Assembly (NCBI GenBank): GCA_051453625.1
Contig: JBOZIK010000001.1
Location: 454,143 to 518,142, forward strand
DNA length: 64,000 nt
Direction: 5' to 3'
Source of the DNA: Welwitschia mirabilis
Taxonomy: Eukaryota
Positions 11,578-23,368 of this stretch are shown piece after piece. Position 1 is the first letter of the stretch, and each line of letters begins with the position of its first letter. The notes under the pieces were generated by a model. The model was given only the letters and a program-made list of their open reading frames with translations, did no database searches and was not told the DNA's origin. The translations under genes and the position numbers were made by a program.

Positions 11578-13764
11578 TCCTTGGTCTATGACTTTAGCAG
11601 TTGCTCATTGGTTTTCTAGGGATAGGACTTTTCTCATCCCACACCTTTTCATGTGAGAATAAAAGCATCATATCTTCCCCAAATATCACATCATGTGACC
11701 TAAACACTTTCTGATTCACAGGATCCTAGAGTTTGTATCCTATATTGTCATCATCATCGCCAAGGAAAGTGCACCTAGTTGCATGGGTATCCAACTTGGA
11801 TGTGGTAGACATGTGACAATAAGCCTCACATCCAAACATTTTGAGATGGACCAAGGAGATGGTATTCTCACTCCATGCATTTCTGAAATCTCACCTTGGA
11901 GAGCTGAATGCAATGACCTGTTTAGCAACTACACAATTATATTTGTCACCTTTGATCACAACTTGTTTGGAACTCTTGATTCAAACACCAAAGTTCTTTT
12001 CATGATGGTTCTACTATGTCTTTCGGTAATCTCATTCTGTTAAGGTGTAACCGTAGCTGTTTTCTTCTGGACAATTTCTGCTTCCTTGCAAAATTTCTCA
12101 AATTTGGACAAACAAAATTCGCCAGCATTACTAGTTAGCAAATATTTTATTTTCTTATCTATCTTAGTTCCACCTCTAGATTTAAAGATTTTATATATAT
12201 CTAGGGCCATGTCTTGTAACTTCAAGGGATGTACCAGATTTTCCTATTATTCTCATCAACAGAAGTAACGAAATGAAACATCACCCATAGAAACAAGAAG
12301 TTGTCAATCTTATTAAATCAAAATGAATCAAATCTTAAATAGATGTCTTTCTACATTGAATATTTCTTCACAAGTTCATTTTTTTACTTTTATCCCCTAC
12401 ACATGGAGAACAAAAATCAAGAGTCATGTGAGTTACATTGGATAGAAGATTCTTCGGCTAAAGGGCCTTCGTACTGGTTTTGCTCAGACGTCCCAATATA
12501 CAATGCCAAAAGCTACATTATTTTCTTGTACCATTGAAAATTCCTAGACATTGGTTTTGCTCACATGAATCCATTCCATGGAGCAATACCATTGCTCTGT
12601 TGGTAATCTTTTAGCTACTGCTTCCAAATGTGATTGTACAACCAACTTCATCTAATTAACTAGTGGAAGTGAAATTCCTTGCCATTGCAGGAGTATGCCC
12701 AACATTTTGCAAAGCCAGTATGCATCCATCTACACACCTTAACTTCACAGTTTCGATATCTTGACTCTTGCAAGTGTAGTCACCTTCTAAATAAACAACA
12801 CTTTTAGAGACCATCTTATAGAATATAAACATTTGTCTAGGTGGACAAATATAATAAGATGTTTTAGAATCCACAATGCAAACATCATGAGAGTTATACA
12901 AGGAGACTGCAACTTCACTTGAGTGGGCAATGAAAGTAATTCCAACCTTTCCATCAATTTGATTCGATTGACTAGATTCTCCGTCCTCCTTTTCGGTCCA
13001 TTGGTTCTTCTTCTTCAACTTGTCCTTCTTCATGTGGCCTTTTTGCTTACCATAACAAGGAATGAGATCTTATATGCTCAATTTGCCTATGCTCTTACCT
13101 TTGCCACGAGGTCCTCGGGATCTAGACTGATTTCTTTGTGAAGACTAAGCTTTACTACAATTTTTAAGAGTAGCTGCATTATTCTTGCTACACTCTAATG
13201 TCCAACAATGTGTCAATAGTATTATCCCAAGTCAGTTTGGGACTAGCATTGACAATGTAGTAACTGTAGGTTGCCAGCTTAGAGGCAAAGTAAAGAGCAC
13301 TAGGAAACATTTCAAAATTTTGGAGAAACCAAACTATAAGTTGTCAAGCTATGTAAACATCCCTTGCAACTCACCTAGATGAGGGTTCAAGGGAGCTCTC
13401 CGTTAAGTTGCAATTGAAAGAGTTATTTAGAGTATAGAACATATTCATACTAGAGGGTTCAGTGTACCACTTATATTAGTTTCTCTCGGAGTCTGTTCAT
13501 GCTTGTTTTAGAAATGCATGCATTAAGCACATTGTCACTGAGACATGGACGACTTAAGGACAATGCCATGTTATTAATCTCCATCTAGTCAATCATTGCT
13601 AAAGGCTTTGTCTTTTCCAACATAACCTTGCATTTCTGCATCAACATATCCTTCATTAGAATCTTCCAAATCTGCTAGTTTGTGGCACCAATCAGAGGCT
13701 AAGAGCCTTTAAAAGACTTTTGAGCCAAGGCTTGTTGAATCAAAAAATTTTCTCAAAACCAAGA

Positions 13765-13776
13765 CCTTTGATACCA
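13765..13776 (-). promoter_or_regulatory. PBS (tRNA-iMet type, TGGTATCAAAGG)
   Basis: Plus strand cctttgatacca, upstream of copia gag. Confidence 0.75.
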
Positions 13777-13778
13777 CT

Positions 13779-14112
13779 TATCAAAATGAATGTAGCGTAA
13801 AACAAGATGAACAAAAACAATGGAAATTAAAAGCACACAAAAGATTTAATGAAGTTTGGCCCCTTCCTAACGTACTTCCTTGGGAAAGCAATGCAAAGCT
13901 CTTATTAGCAGGACAAAGCTTTAGAGAATATAAATAGCCTTCAAGCACATTATGCCTTATCCTCAATGGCTGGAGAGATATATGGAAGAGGAAGATTAAG
14001 GTAAAGTGGCAAAACCCCAAAATATCTTCTACACACATATTATTTTTAAGTTAGAATTTATTTAATAACTACCCTAAGGTGATTTAATAATACAGTCCAC
14101 CTATTACAAACA
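13779..14112 (-). repeat. Probable 5' LTR of the first copia
   Basis: Adjacent to the PBS; the start resembles 15845-15920 (aaaacaagatgaacaaaa..cacacaaaagatttaatgaagttt vs aaacgaggagaacaaa..cacacgcaagaggtttaatgaggttt). Confidence 0.5.
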
Positions 14113-15099
14113 TGTTGGAATTAAANNNNNNNNNNNNNNNNNNNNNNNNNNNNNNNNNNNNNNNNNNNNNNNNNNNNNNNNNNNNNNNNNNNNNNNNNNN
14201 NNNNNNNNNNNNNNNNNNNNNNNNNNNNNNNNNNNNNNNNNNNNNNNNNNNNNNNNNNNNNNNNNNNNNNNNNNNNNNNNNNNNNNNNNNNNNNNNNNNN
14301 NNNNNNNNNNNNNNNNNNNNNNNNNNNNNNNNNNNNNNNNNNNNNNNNNNNNNNNNNNNNNNNNNNNNNNNNNNNNNNNNNNNNNNNNNNNNNNNNNNNN
14401 NNNNNNNNNNNNNNNNNNNNNNNNNNNNNNNNNNNNNNNNNNNNNNNNNNNNNNNNNNNNNNNNNNNNNNNNNNNNNNNNNNNNNNNNNNNNNNNNNNNN
14501 NNNNNNNNNNNNNNNNNNNNNNNNNNNNNNNNNNNNNNNNNNNNNNNNNNNNNNNNNNNNNNNNNNNNNNNNNNNNNNNNNNNNNNNNNNNNNNNNNNNN
14601 NNNNNNNNNNNNNNNNNNNNNNNNNNNNNNNNNNNNNNNNNNNNNNNNNNNNNNNNNNNNNNNNNNNNNNNNNNNNNNNNNNNNNNNNNNNNNNNNNNNN
14701 NNNNNNNNNNNNNNNNNNNNNNNNNNNNNNNNNNNNNNNNNNNNNNNNNNNNNNNNNNNNNNNNNNNNNNNNNNNNNNNNNNNNNNNNNNNNNNNNNNNN
14801 NNNNNNNNNNNNNNNNNNNNNNNNNNNNNNNNNNNNNNNNNNNNNNNNNNNNNNNNNNNNNNNNNNNNNNNNNNNNNNNNNNNNNNNNNNNNNNNNNNNN
14901 NNNNNNNNNNNNNNNNNNNNNNNNNNNNNNNNNNNNNNNNNNNNNNNNNNNNNNNNNNNNNNNNNNNNNNNNNNNNNNNNNNNNNNNNNNNNNNNNNNNN
15001 NNNNNNAAGGTGATTTAATAATCCAGTCCACCTTTTACAAACATGTTGGAATTAAAATAGAATTTGGCTTTATGTTACAAGAAGTATCAACAACATTGG

Positions 15100-15790
15100 C
15101 AGATAGATAAGGAGATAGATTTTGTTTCCATAGAACCCCTTCAGAGGTAAAGAAGGTTTATCTTCTTCTGTTGATTTGGATTGCATAGTGAACTAACATA
15201 ACATTGTTTAACACTACCTTTGTCTATGATTTCCTAACTCCCCCTTTTTCAAGGATTAAGTTTAAAGATTTCCGACTAACTTTATCATGAGCCTTAGATA
15301 GATCCAATTCTAGAATCCCTAGAGGGGTTTGTTATGTGTGCATGTAATAGAGGATTGCATATACCTAGATGATATCATGTTTGATTCCTTGACATGGTAT
15401 GAAGCCAAAGTGATCATTATAAATGCAACCATAAAGAATTGGTTTGATCCTATTGGGCTAATATATTGATCTAGACTTCATAAATTGTTTTGTATAATCG
15501 AATTGGACAACAATCTCTTGGAGAAGGGATTTTCTCCTTTTTTGGCAACTGAGTTAGTATTGTGAAATGCAACTCTTTTAGGCAGCAACCTTTTTCCTAG
15601 CTATTGAGGCAAACCACATAAATGTTTCCTTCAAGATAGCTCCATAAGTGCTTGAGATATTCTCCATTCTGCCAATATGAGGCATCTTGAACTTCCTACT
15701 TACTGATTTGCTTGTCCACAGTGGTTGTTTGGACCTTCAAAACTTCCTATCTACTGAGGTATCGAAGGAGATTAAGGTCCACATCCTTTT
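15100..15790 (-). mobile_element. L1-type LINE reverse transcriptase fragment
   Basis: Manual translation GFIPCQGIKHDII...GILELDLSKAHDKVS matches the LINE RT motifs GF..GR.I.DNI and KLDMSKAYDRV. Confidence 0.75.
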
Positions 15791-15819
15791 TGTTAAGTGA
15801 GTCTTTAAAGTAGTCTAGG

Positions 15820-16100
15820 GCTTTTAAAAAAGCAAGTGCAGTAATAAAACGAGGAGAACAAATGGAGACAAACAAAACACACGCAAGAGGTTTAATGAGG
15901 TTTCGCTCCTCAGTAGCCTACATGCTTGACAAAATGGTGTCGAGTCCTTATCCTCAGAAGAAGGCTCTAAGAATACAAATGATATGAAGCACACACCATT
16001 TCTCAATGGCATGAGGGATATAACTAGGAGAGGAGTGGGGTAATGAATATATGGCATGTGATGATTTCACTAAGATGGTGGGAAGCCAAAATTGTCCAAA
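15820..16100. repeat. LTR-like fragment related to the 13779-14112 LTR
   Basis: Visible local similarity over ~80 bp. Confidence 0.4.
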
Positions 16101-16149
16101 GCTATCCTGCAGCCCTACGAGGTAATTCCCTAGGTGGCTTCTGATACCA

Positions 16150-16527
16150 TGTTAATAATGGAGATGGCAATCTACAATCTTTTTGATGTCCATATTCTGT
16201 TGCATCATGTTTGCATTTAAAAGGTTGTATGGAAGTACCTGAAGTCACATAATCGCAATGTTGGAAATGGAGTGTTAAATGCGCTGTTGTAAGTACAACC
16301 TGTATGATGGAAAAAAAAGAAAAAAAGAAAGAAGAAGAAGAAGAAGAGTTGCCATTGTAGCGACATCTTCCTTTGTACTTTTGCCGTGCCATTGCAATTG
16401 CAAACCTCTGATGGACCCACTTCTTGTAATAATCACATTTGCTTATCTTTCCTTTTTGTTTTTTTTGCAACATGCTATCATGGAAACTTCAACACCTGCA
16501 AAAAAAATAAAATTATGTTTTCTGACA
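16150..16527 (-). repeat. LTR (3' LTR of the second copia)
   Basis: tgttaa...tctgaca; homologous to 22009-22496; decayed PPT-like tctttgccttaa immediately to the right. Confidence 0.6.
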
Positions 16528-17242
16528 TCTTTGCCTTAATTTTAATTGTTTTAAACTTAAATGTTCGTAAAGATTGTACACCACAAGCTTCAAACAGAGA
16601 TAGATAAATTGTGATTCCTTCAATGGATTTTTGAACCGATCTGTGTTTTGTTCTCTGCTGTTGTAATACTCCAAGTACAATGCCCTATTGAATTAAACTT
16701 CAAACAAAGGGAACTTTGATATCATTATGTTCCATTCTGTCATGATGAACTGAATTTCTGGATAAGGTGATTGCAGGTCTGTTATCACAGAAAATTTTTA
16801 TTTCTTTCGACTGATATAACAAAAACTCGTTGGGCATTCTTCTCATCCAAATGGCATGACAACTTGTTCCTACGGCTGAAATGTACTCTACGTCTGTGCC
16901 TGAAAGCACATAGGGTTGTTTCTTTGAACACCAAGAATATGTGGAAACCCAAGTTGAAAAACGAATCCATTTGTGTTTTTTCAGTCTTTTAACACATGTA
17001 GCTCAGTCACTCTTTGAGAAACAAATCAAGGTTGCATTATCAAGTACTTGGAAACCTGTAAAAAAGACCATGTTCTAATGTGCATTTTATATATCAAATT
17101 TTTTCCCCCCTGCTTCATGATGATGTTGCAATGGGTAGGGCATAAAACAATTGATGACATTCACAGCATAAATAATGTCTGGGCATGAGGCAGTTAAATA
17201 CAAGTGTCCACCAACAAAACTTTGAAAAAGAGTTGCATTAAC

Positions 17243-18213
17243 TAAAAGAGTTACATTTTAACACAATTAGGTGAACCCAAACAGCCACAAAGATCTTGTA
17301 TAGTGAGGAATTAAAGACACTTAAAAATTGAATTGATAATTGATGAAATAAGTAATAATATCAAATTTAATTTTAGAATTCACTTCCAAACGATTACATA
17401 AGTCCTCTTTAAGCTTGCTGCCTAATGGATCTTATGCCTTCACACAATGAATGCCTCTTGATTCTTACTTCTTCACACTTAATGATGCCTGAATGAGGTC
17501 TTTTATGCTTCACTTGCTCTTCTTGTTGCTGCAGTTGTTCTTCTTATCTTCTCTTATGTCTTGCTGCTTGATGATTGAATGGTCTTCATTTTCTCCTCCT
17601 TTTATATGTCTTCAAGGGTGATGACATCATGTTATCTCCCAAGGGAACATCTCTTTTTCTTTTGTTCGTTTTCTTCTTTTATTTAAAAGCATTAAAGCAT
17701 TAAAAACAGTAGCAATGAGTTACTTTTTTAAAGTTTTTTTAACATTAAAATATGATTTTATATCATGGTCACTTAAATTTAGGGTTATACTGATGATGAC
17801 ATTAATTATAATTAATAATAAACATGCCTTTACTGTTTTTAACAAAACATTAATCAGAATTAAGACTTTAATTACTATTTTTAATACTTTAACAATAAAA
17901 CAGTAAAATGAATTGATTTGAAGGTGAAAAGGGTGCTGATGCAGGGGTGACATCAGCAGGTTATGGGATGATGCAGGGATGACATCAGCAAGGATAGGGT
18001 TCACCAATTGACTTTCTGTTTGGCACATGACGTGTACATGATGGGCACACTCAATTTCATCAATTTGGCATTCAAAACCATCGAAATGTTGCAAAACTAA
18101 TTTTCTGCAACATGAAACATGATTTTTCGCATAATAATGAGAGGGCATAAATCCAAAATTTTGAAGTTTGAGTGACTTAGATCAGTGTGTGACAAAAGTG
18201 GCATAAATACCAT
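17243..18213. mobile_element. ~970-bp non-coding insertion interrupting the copia RT
   Basis: The RT frame ..KDDSADVN / VNATLFQSFVGG.. is split; cattaac is duplicated at 17236-17242 and 18214-18220. Confidence 0.6.
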
Positions 18214-20494
18214 CATTAACATCAGCACTGTCATCCTTTCACAGTTTTGTGCTTGAAGCAATTGGAATGTGTGCAGTTTTGCAGTTCTCCATATTGAACC
18301 ATTTAATTAGATGTCTGGTATACTTCTGCTGTGAAATAAAATGCCTTCTTCCTTCTGAATTATCTCTAAGCCAAGATAATAACACATGAACTTTTGGTCA
18401 CAGATATCAAATTCCTTTTTCATATCCCTTGCAATATCTTGAAGCATTTCTTTAGAATTGCTCATATAGATCAAATCATTGACATAGATACATGTCAGAA
18501 GGAAATTAACATCCTTGTCTAGTCTTCCAAATAGACTATCCTCAAAAAAGGACATTTCTCCAAACCATTCAAAAAGCATATTTCAATTTGTTTGCACTAG
18601 AGATGAGGAGCTTGTTTGAGGGTGTACTGTGCCTTCTTCATTTTGAGCACCTTTAGCTCTTCTCCTTTTTTCATGAATTGTGGGGGTTGCTTCATGTAAC
18701 TCTTCTCATGAAGGTTGGCATTGAGAAAAGTAGACTTCATGCTCATTTGATAAACTTCCAGGTGCTTATGAGGAGTTGTTGCCACATTCTGATAGTACCT
18801 ATGCAGCTGGTGCAAGCTCCTTGTTGTAATCCACCTGGCGTTGCTGCTTGTAGCCTTTGACGACCAAATAGGTTTCATGCTTCTCTACTTCTTTTGCTAT
18901 ATACCCATTTGAATCCAATGGGCCTTATATCTTCAGGCAAGTCCATATGCTCCCATGACTCATTCTTTTCTATGGTTGATATCTTTTCAGTCATTGCTTT
19001 GAACTATTTCTCATTCTTTACTGCCTTCTCACAGGTTACTGGATTCCAACTTACAAAAAGACAACGCAAACTTTGCTCTTGTTCTGTTTATTTGTAGATG
19101 TCTTTCCTTCATTGTTGTTGACTTCTTGATGTTGTTGACTTCTTGATGGCATTGATCTACCACTACTCGATGGAGTTGTCACTGGAGATTGGCTTTGCAT
19201 ACTTTGAAGTTCAGATGATCCATCCTCTGTTTCTTCTTACTCCTATAGTGTAGATGCATTCTAGCCCCATTTGTTATCCTCAAAGACTTTACGTCCCTCC
19301 TAATAGTTGGCTTCTTCAAAATTGGATTAAACAATATTTGTGCCTTAGATTCTTCACTATAACCAACAAAGATGCACTGCTCCAACTTCTTTTGGAAAAC
19401 ATCAGCTAAATGAGGATGAGCAACAGATTGGAAAACTTGCAAGCTCACACTGGGCTTACAACCTGATGAAATCTCCTCAGGTGTTGTATTGAGGAAGGGT
19501 TTCATTAGACATTGATTGAAAAGATACTCTACACACTATGCTGCTTCAACCTATAGTCACTGGTAGATCTTTGGTCTTCAGCATGCAACGAACCATGTCA
19601 ACAGAAGTTCTGTTCTTGTACTTAATCACTTCGTTCAGTTGTGCCATATGTGCCAACAATTCTACAAAAATGGTCAGATTTCTTTGATTGAAATCCAGCA
19701 CGTTAATATCTTCTAAACTTCTGTATATGAAAGCCACTTTGCTTTTCTATGACAACTTTGAATGCTTGAATTTCTCAAAAGCTACTGCCATTTGGGCTTG
19801 GAAAATTTGTCCAAGTTCTTCTACTCATATCATCAATCAAGGCAAGAAAATATCTTTACCAATATAAGAAGGCACTTTGAATGTCCACAAATGTCACTAT
19901 GGATAAGCTCAACAGGTTGTGAGCTCCATGTTTTCTGAGTATACATTGTTAACAATCTTGAGTTGGACTGGGCATGAAGGGCAATCCATGCACTATCTCT
20001 TACTTATGCAACAAATCAAGGGCATCAAAATTCAAATGACCAAATCTAGAATGCCATTGCTAGGTCGAACTGTTAACAAAGCTATTTAGGTTAAGTTGGC
20101 ATTCTAGATGGTATCCTTGATTTAGGTTAACAAATCTAGAATGCCTAGATTTGGTCATTCTACCAAATCCATGCACTATCTTTCTCAACGTAGTTTGCTC
20201 CTCTAGCAAGTCACCATCTTTCTCAGTGCAGTTGGCTTCTCTAGGCAGTCATCATCCTTCTCAATGTAGTTTGCTCATGTGACATTCATGTGTGCAATTT
20301 TCTTATGATACTTTCCTGCATAGTGTCTAAATTTGTGACAATTAATGTCCAAAATTGTGATAATAATGGCACTAACCTGGCTTAAAGTTGTATTGGAAAC
20401 TCTACCTTTATTGCTTCTACCTCTTTCTTGATGAAGACTGGAGAGTTCTCGTCCATGGAAGGGTTGCTTAATCCTTGATCTCTTTCATATAATA

Positions 20495-21022
20495 CACAAT
20501 TGTAAAATGTAGATCAGATTGTTGTTTGTTTTTTGATTTGGAGATTCTAGATCACTGGATCTCTCAGGAGTGTTTTGCGCATCATTGCGGATTGTAAACA
20601 TGGAAAAACCTTAGAGCTCAATTTAAGACTTAATGAAATCAATCTACCATTTAATTAAAATAAGAAATTAGAGCTTTTAAAATGTCTTTTTGCTTATTGT
20701 TTAGTTTACATCTACTGGAGAATGTTAAAATGGTCAAAATATTCTATGTATGTTTAGTTCTAACCTCAAGAAATAGCAAACCTCTTTGGATCTTTGTGGC
20801 TATCTTTGGAGCTTTGCATATCTCTCTAGATCTGTACAGATCTCTTCAAATCACTGCAGATCACTCTGGATCATTGTGGAGCGGATCGTCAGGGATTGTG
20901 ATCCAGAGCCTCTGGATTGAGATCCAGAGGGAATCACGGTCCAAAACCAATCGAAAATGTTTTTTTGGGATCAAGATCCAGGTCACCCAGATCATGATTC
21001 CGACCTGCATTTCACAACTATG
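20495..21022. mobile_element. hAT-type MITE (528 bp) inserted in the copia gag
   Basis: Perfect 8-bp TSD ATATAATA (20487-20494, 21023-21030); imperfect ~26-bp TIRs cacaattgtaaaatgtagatcagatt / revcomp catagttgtgaaatgcaggtcggaat; GATC-rich subterminal motifs. Confidence 0.9.
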
Positions 21023-21761
21023 ATATAATACCTTCCTCTCTGCCTCTGCTCATTTCTCCTCCTACTGTTAATTTTGTTTTCAAGGCTTTCTCCGATAGCT
21101 TCATAGAATTCTTTTCAATCCTCTACTCATGACTATAGAGGGATCCCATCAACTCATCAAATGTTAGTTTGTTCAAATCCTTTGATTCTTCTCCAACGAT
21201 GACCATGTTCTCATATACTGGAGTCAATGACCTTAAAATCTTCTCTAACACCTGTTTTGACACGGCTTTCACCAATAGTTCTTATCGTTTTGACAGAGTC
21301 TATTGTACGAGTAAAAAATTCACCCAAGCTCTCTATGGTTTTCATCTCTAGTGTCCTGAGTTCTTTTCTTAAAAGTTGTAACTGTATTGTCTTAACTTTT
21401 TATAGTACCTTTGAAATAGTTTTTGAACAAATCCTATGCCTCCCTTCTCATTTCTGTTGACATCACAGTTGGTGCCACTGCTTCATGCTTGAATAATGAT
21501 GAATGATACCTTTAGTCTTTCCTTCTTTTTCCATGTAATTCCTCCTCCTTTGTCTCAATGTCAATGTGACTTGGTATGTAGCTGCGGTTGGAGGCTCTGT
21601 TTATCCTCCTTGAATGGAGCCCTATAAATCCATGGACTTGAACAATTTATCCATCTAGAAACTCCAATCTTCGTTGTTACTTCTGTTAAATTCCAGAATG
21701 TGCAGTTGTTTAGAACTTGATGTAGGCATTGCCATGATTAAAATTCAACTTAGTTGTCCAA

Positions 21762-21773
21762 GCTCTGATACCA
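21762..21773 (-). promoter_or_regulatory. PBS (tRNA-iMet, TGGTATCAGAGC) of the second copia
   Basis: Exact canonical 12-mer ~25 bp upstream of the gag ATG (21733-21735). Confidence 0.9.
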
Positions 21774-22008
21774 CTCTTTCAACTGGTGTTGGGCAAAAGG
21801 AAAAGGCGATGTAACAATTCATGAAACAGAGAGATGAATTTGTAGCAGAGAACACTTCAAGAAGAAGAAGAAGGGGGAAAAATTCATTCACTAAACATAA
21901 AAATTTATACACAACAATACACTAACTTTAGTTTTGCAATTCAGATTGCTACTATGCATACAACTATTCAACAATTTATGCGACTTTTGACTCAGTCTGT
22001 TTTCACCA

Positions 22009-22496
22009 TGTTAACAATTGAATGGCACTTCAAATCTTCTTTGAGATCTGTTTGCAGCCGTTTTAATAATCAAAGTGGCAATGCATAGAGTTTTTCAATG
22101 TCTATATTCTGCTGCATCATGCCTGCCTTTAGAAACCTGTACAGAGAATATCTGAAGATGCATAATCACAATGTGGAAATGGAGTGAAAAGTGAGCTGTT
22201 GTGATTGTGATCTGCAGGATGGGTCCCTACCAAGAAAACAATCATAGCCATAGCCATATTTTCCTGTTCACTTTTTCTGTGAGGTTGTGGTTGCCATTGC
22301 AATAATTGTAGTTGTGTCTCCCTTTCCTGCTTTTGCTGCACTATTGTGATTGTAAACTGGCAATGGTCTCACATCATAAACAATTGTACTCACATGCCTT
22401 CTGTTTTTTGCTTTTGCTGCAACTTGTAATTGTGAACCTATGATCAACGAAAATTCAAAACCTGCCCAAAAAAAATTAAAATCATATTTTCTGACA
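22009..22496 (-). repeat. LTR-like copy homologous to 16150-16527
   Basis: Same tgttaa start and tctgaca end, shared internal blocks (catattctg.tgcatcatg, ggaaatggagtg); clearly diverged. Confidence 0.6.
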
Positions 22497-23094
22497 GTGG
22501 AGGGCTCTTATTAACAAAAGGAAAACTTCTGAAAATACAAACAAATATGAAGTACACAACATCATAGCATGCCCTTCACGGTGGCCTCTTGGACATAGCA
22601 AGGAGAGAGGCAGGCTAATGAAGAGACAAACTCTAAATGACTTCTAACCACCATATTTCCTTTTTACAAAGTTAATATCATTACAACCCCAACATGTTTT
22701 TATAATCTAACCACCTCTTACAACCATATGGAGTTAGCATAAAAATATAAAACAAGAAATATTCGTCCATTCATATAGAGAGGTTGGCCATGCTGTATCG
22801 GACCGCGGCCCATCCAATAGGCAGATCCCTATAAGCCCACTGGTAGCGTTCGGCTCAAGGGTGGTTGGCTGCAAGATAGGGGTATATTCACCCACGGTTG
22901 GTTATTGAGGCGGAGACATATGGGAGCATATATACACTGCTATACCAGATACACATACTGTGTATATGCGGCGTACAAGCCGTTACAGAGTCACAGGAAC
23001 TAGTCGACCCAACCATCCTCCTCGTTTCACATTTAGCATAAAAATATATAACAAAAAGAAAGGAATGAGAAGTTGATTAATGAAAAACCCTATT

Positions 23095-23215
23095 GGACTC
23101 GCCAAGGTCATTGGTTTGCTTGTCAAGATGAAGACCCAGTGGTAGCTGTGTCAGCCTAGAAGCTAGCCACCACATGTCCAGGTTTTGCTTGTGATTCATA
23201 CTTAAGACCCTGCAG
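23095..23215 (+). repeat. Short dispersed repeat (SINE/MITE-like), inverted relative to 28780-28890
   Basis: tcattggtttgcttg...agcctagaagctagccaccacatgtccagg..tgtgattcatac aligns to the reverse complement of 28780-28890. Confidence 0.65.
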
Positions 23216-23349
23216 CCTCTGGTTAGTGCACTTTGAAAACTGATTATTAGCATTGCAATCGTAAGCTTTAGTACTAAGATGCTCTTGGTGGAATAACAAT
23301 ATTATAATTACTTTGATTTTGGTTGGTACAGCTAAAAGTTTGCATGCAG

Positions 23350-23368
23350 ATTGATTGAGAAAAGCATT
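23350..23368 (+). CDS. Putative 19-nt microexon of an unidentified host gene (xLIEKSI)
   Basis: tgcag|ATTGATTGAGAAAAGCATT|gtaagt; ends in phase 0, compatible with the next exon. Confidence 0.5.

Larger units (their letters stand above)
11030..13776 (-). mobile_element. Internally deleted Ty1/copia element (gag-PR-INT-partial RT/RH)
   Basis: Zn knuckle CYGKQKGHMKKD (~13040); PR-like CIVDSKTSYYICP (12656-13033); INT KIKYLLTSNAGEFCLSKFEKFCKE (12040-12225); Met-type PBS at 13765-13776. Confidence 0.85.
16150..22496 (-). mobile_element. Near full-length decayed Ty1/copia element with nested insertions
   Basis: PBS gctctgatacca 21762-21773; gag start MAMPT..FNRSNNEDWSF; INT (19179-19737: KYKNRTSVDMVRCML, CIFVGYSEESKA); RT (QMSMKSTFLNANL, CIYVNDLIYM, YYLGLEI); RH (IKIFCDNRPAITLSRNSVHHDRMEH). 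Related TG..CA repeats at 16150-16527 and 22009-22496. Confidence 0.85.

Noticed and set aside
14084..15110. Longest ORFs in the track (315 and 332 aa)
   Set aside because: Made almost entirely of N-gap codons
17720..18148. 142-aa ORF with hydrophobic C-terminus
   Set aside because: Low-complexity AT-rich sequence inside a non-coding insert; no domain recognised
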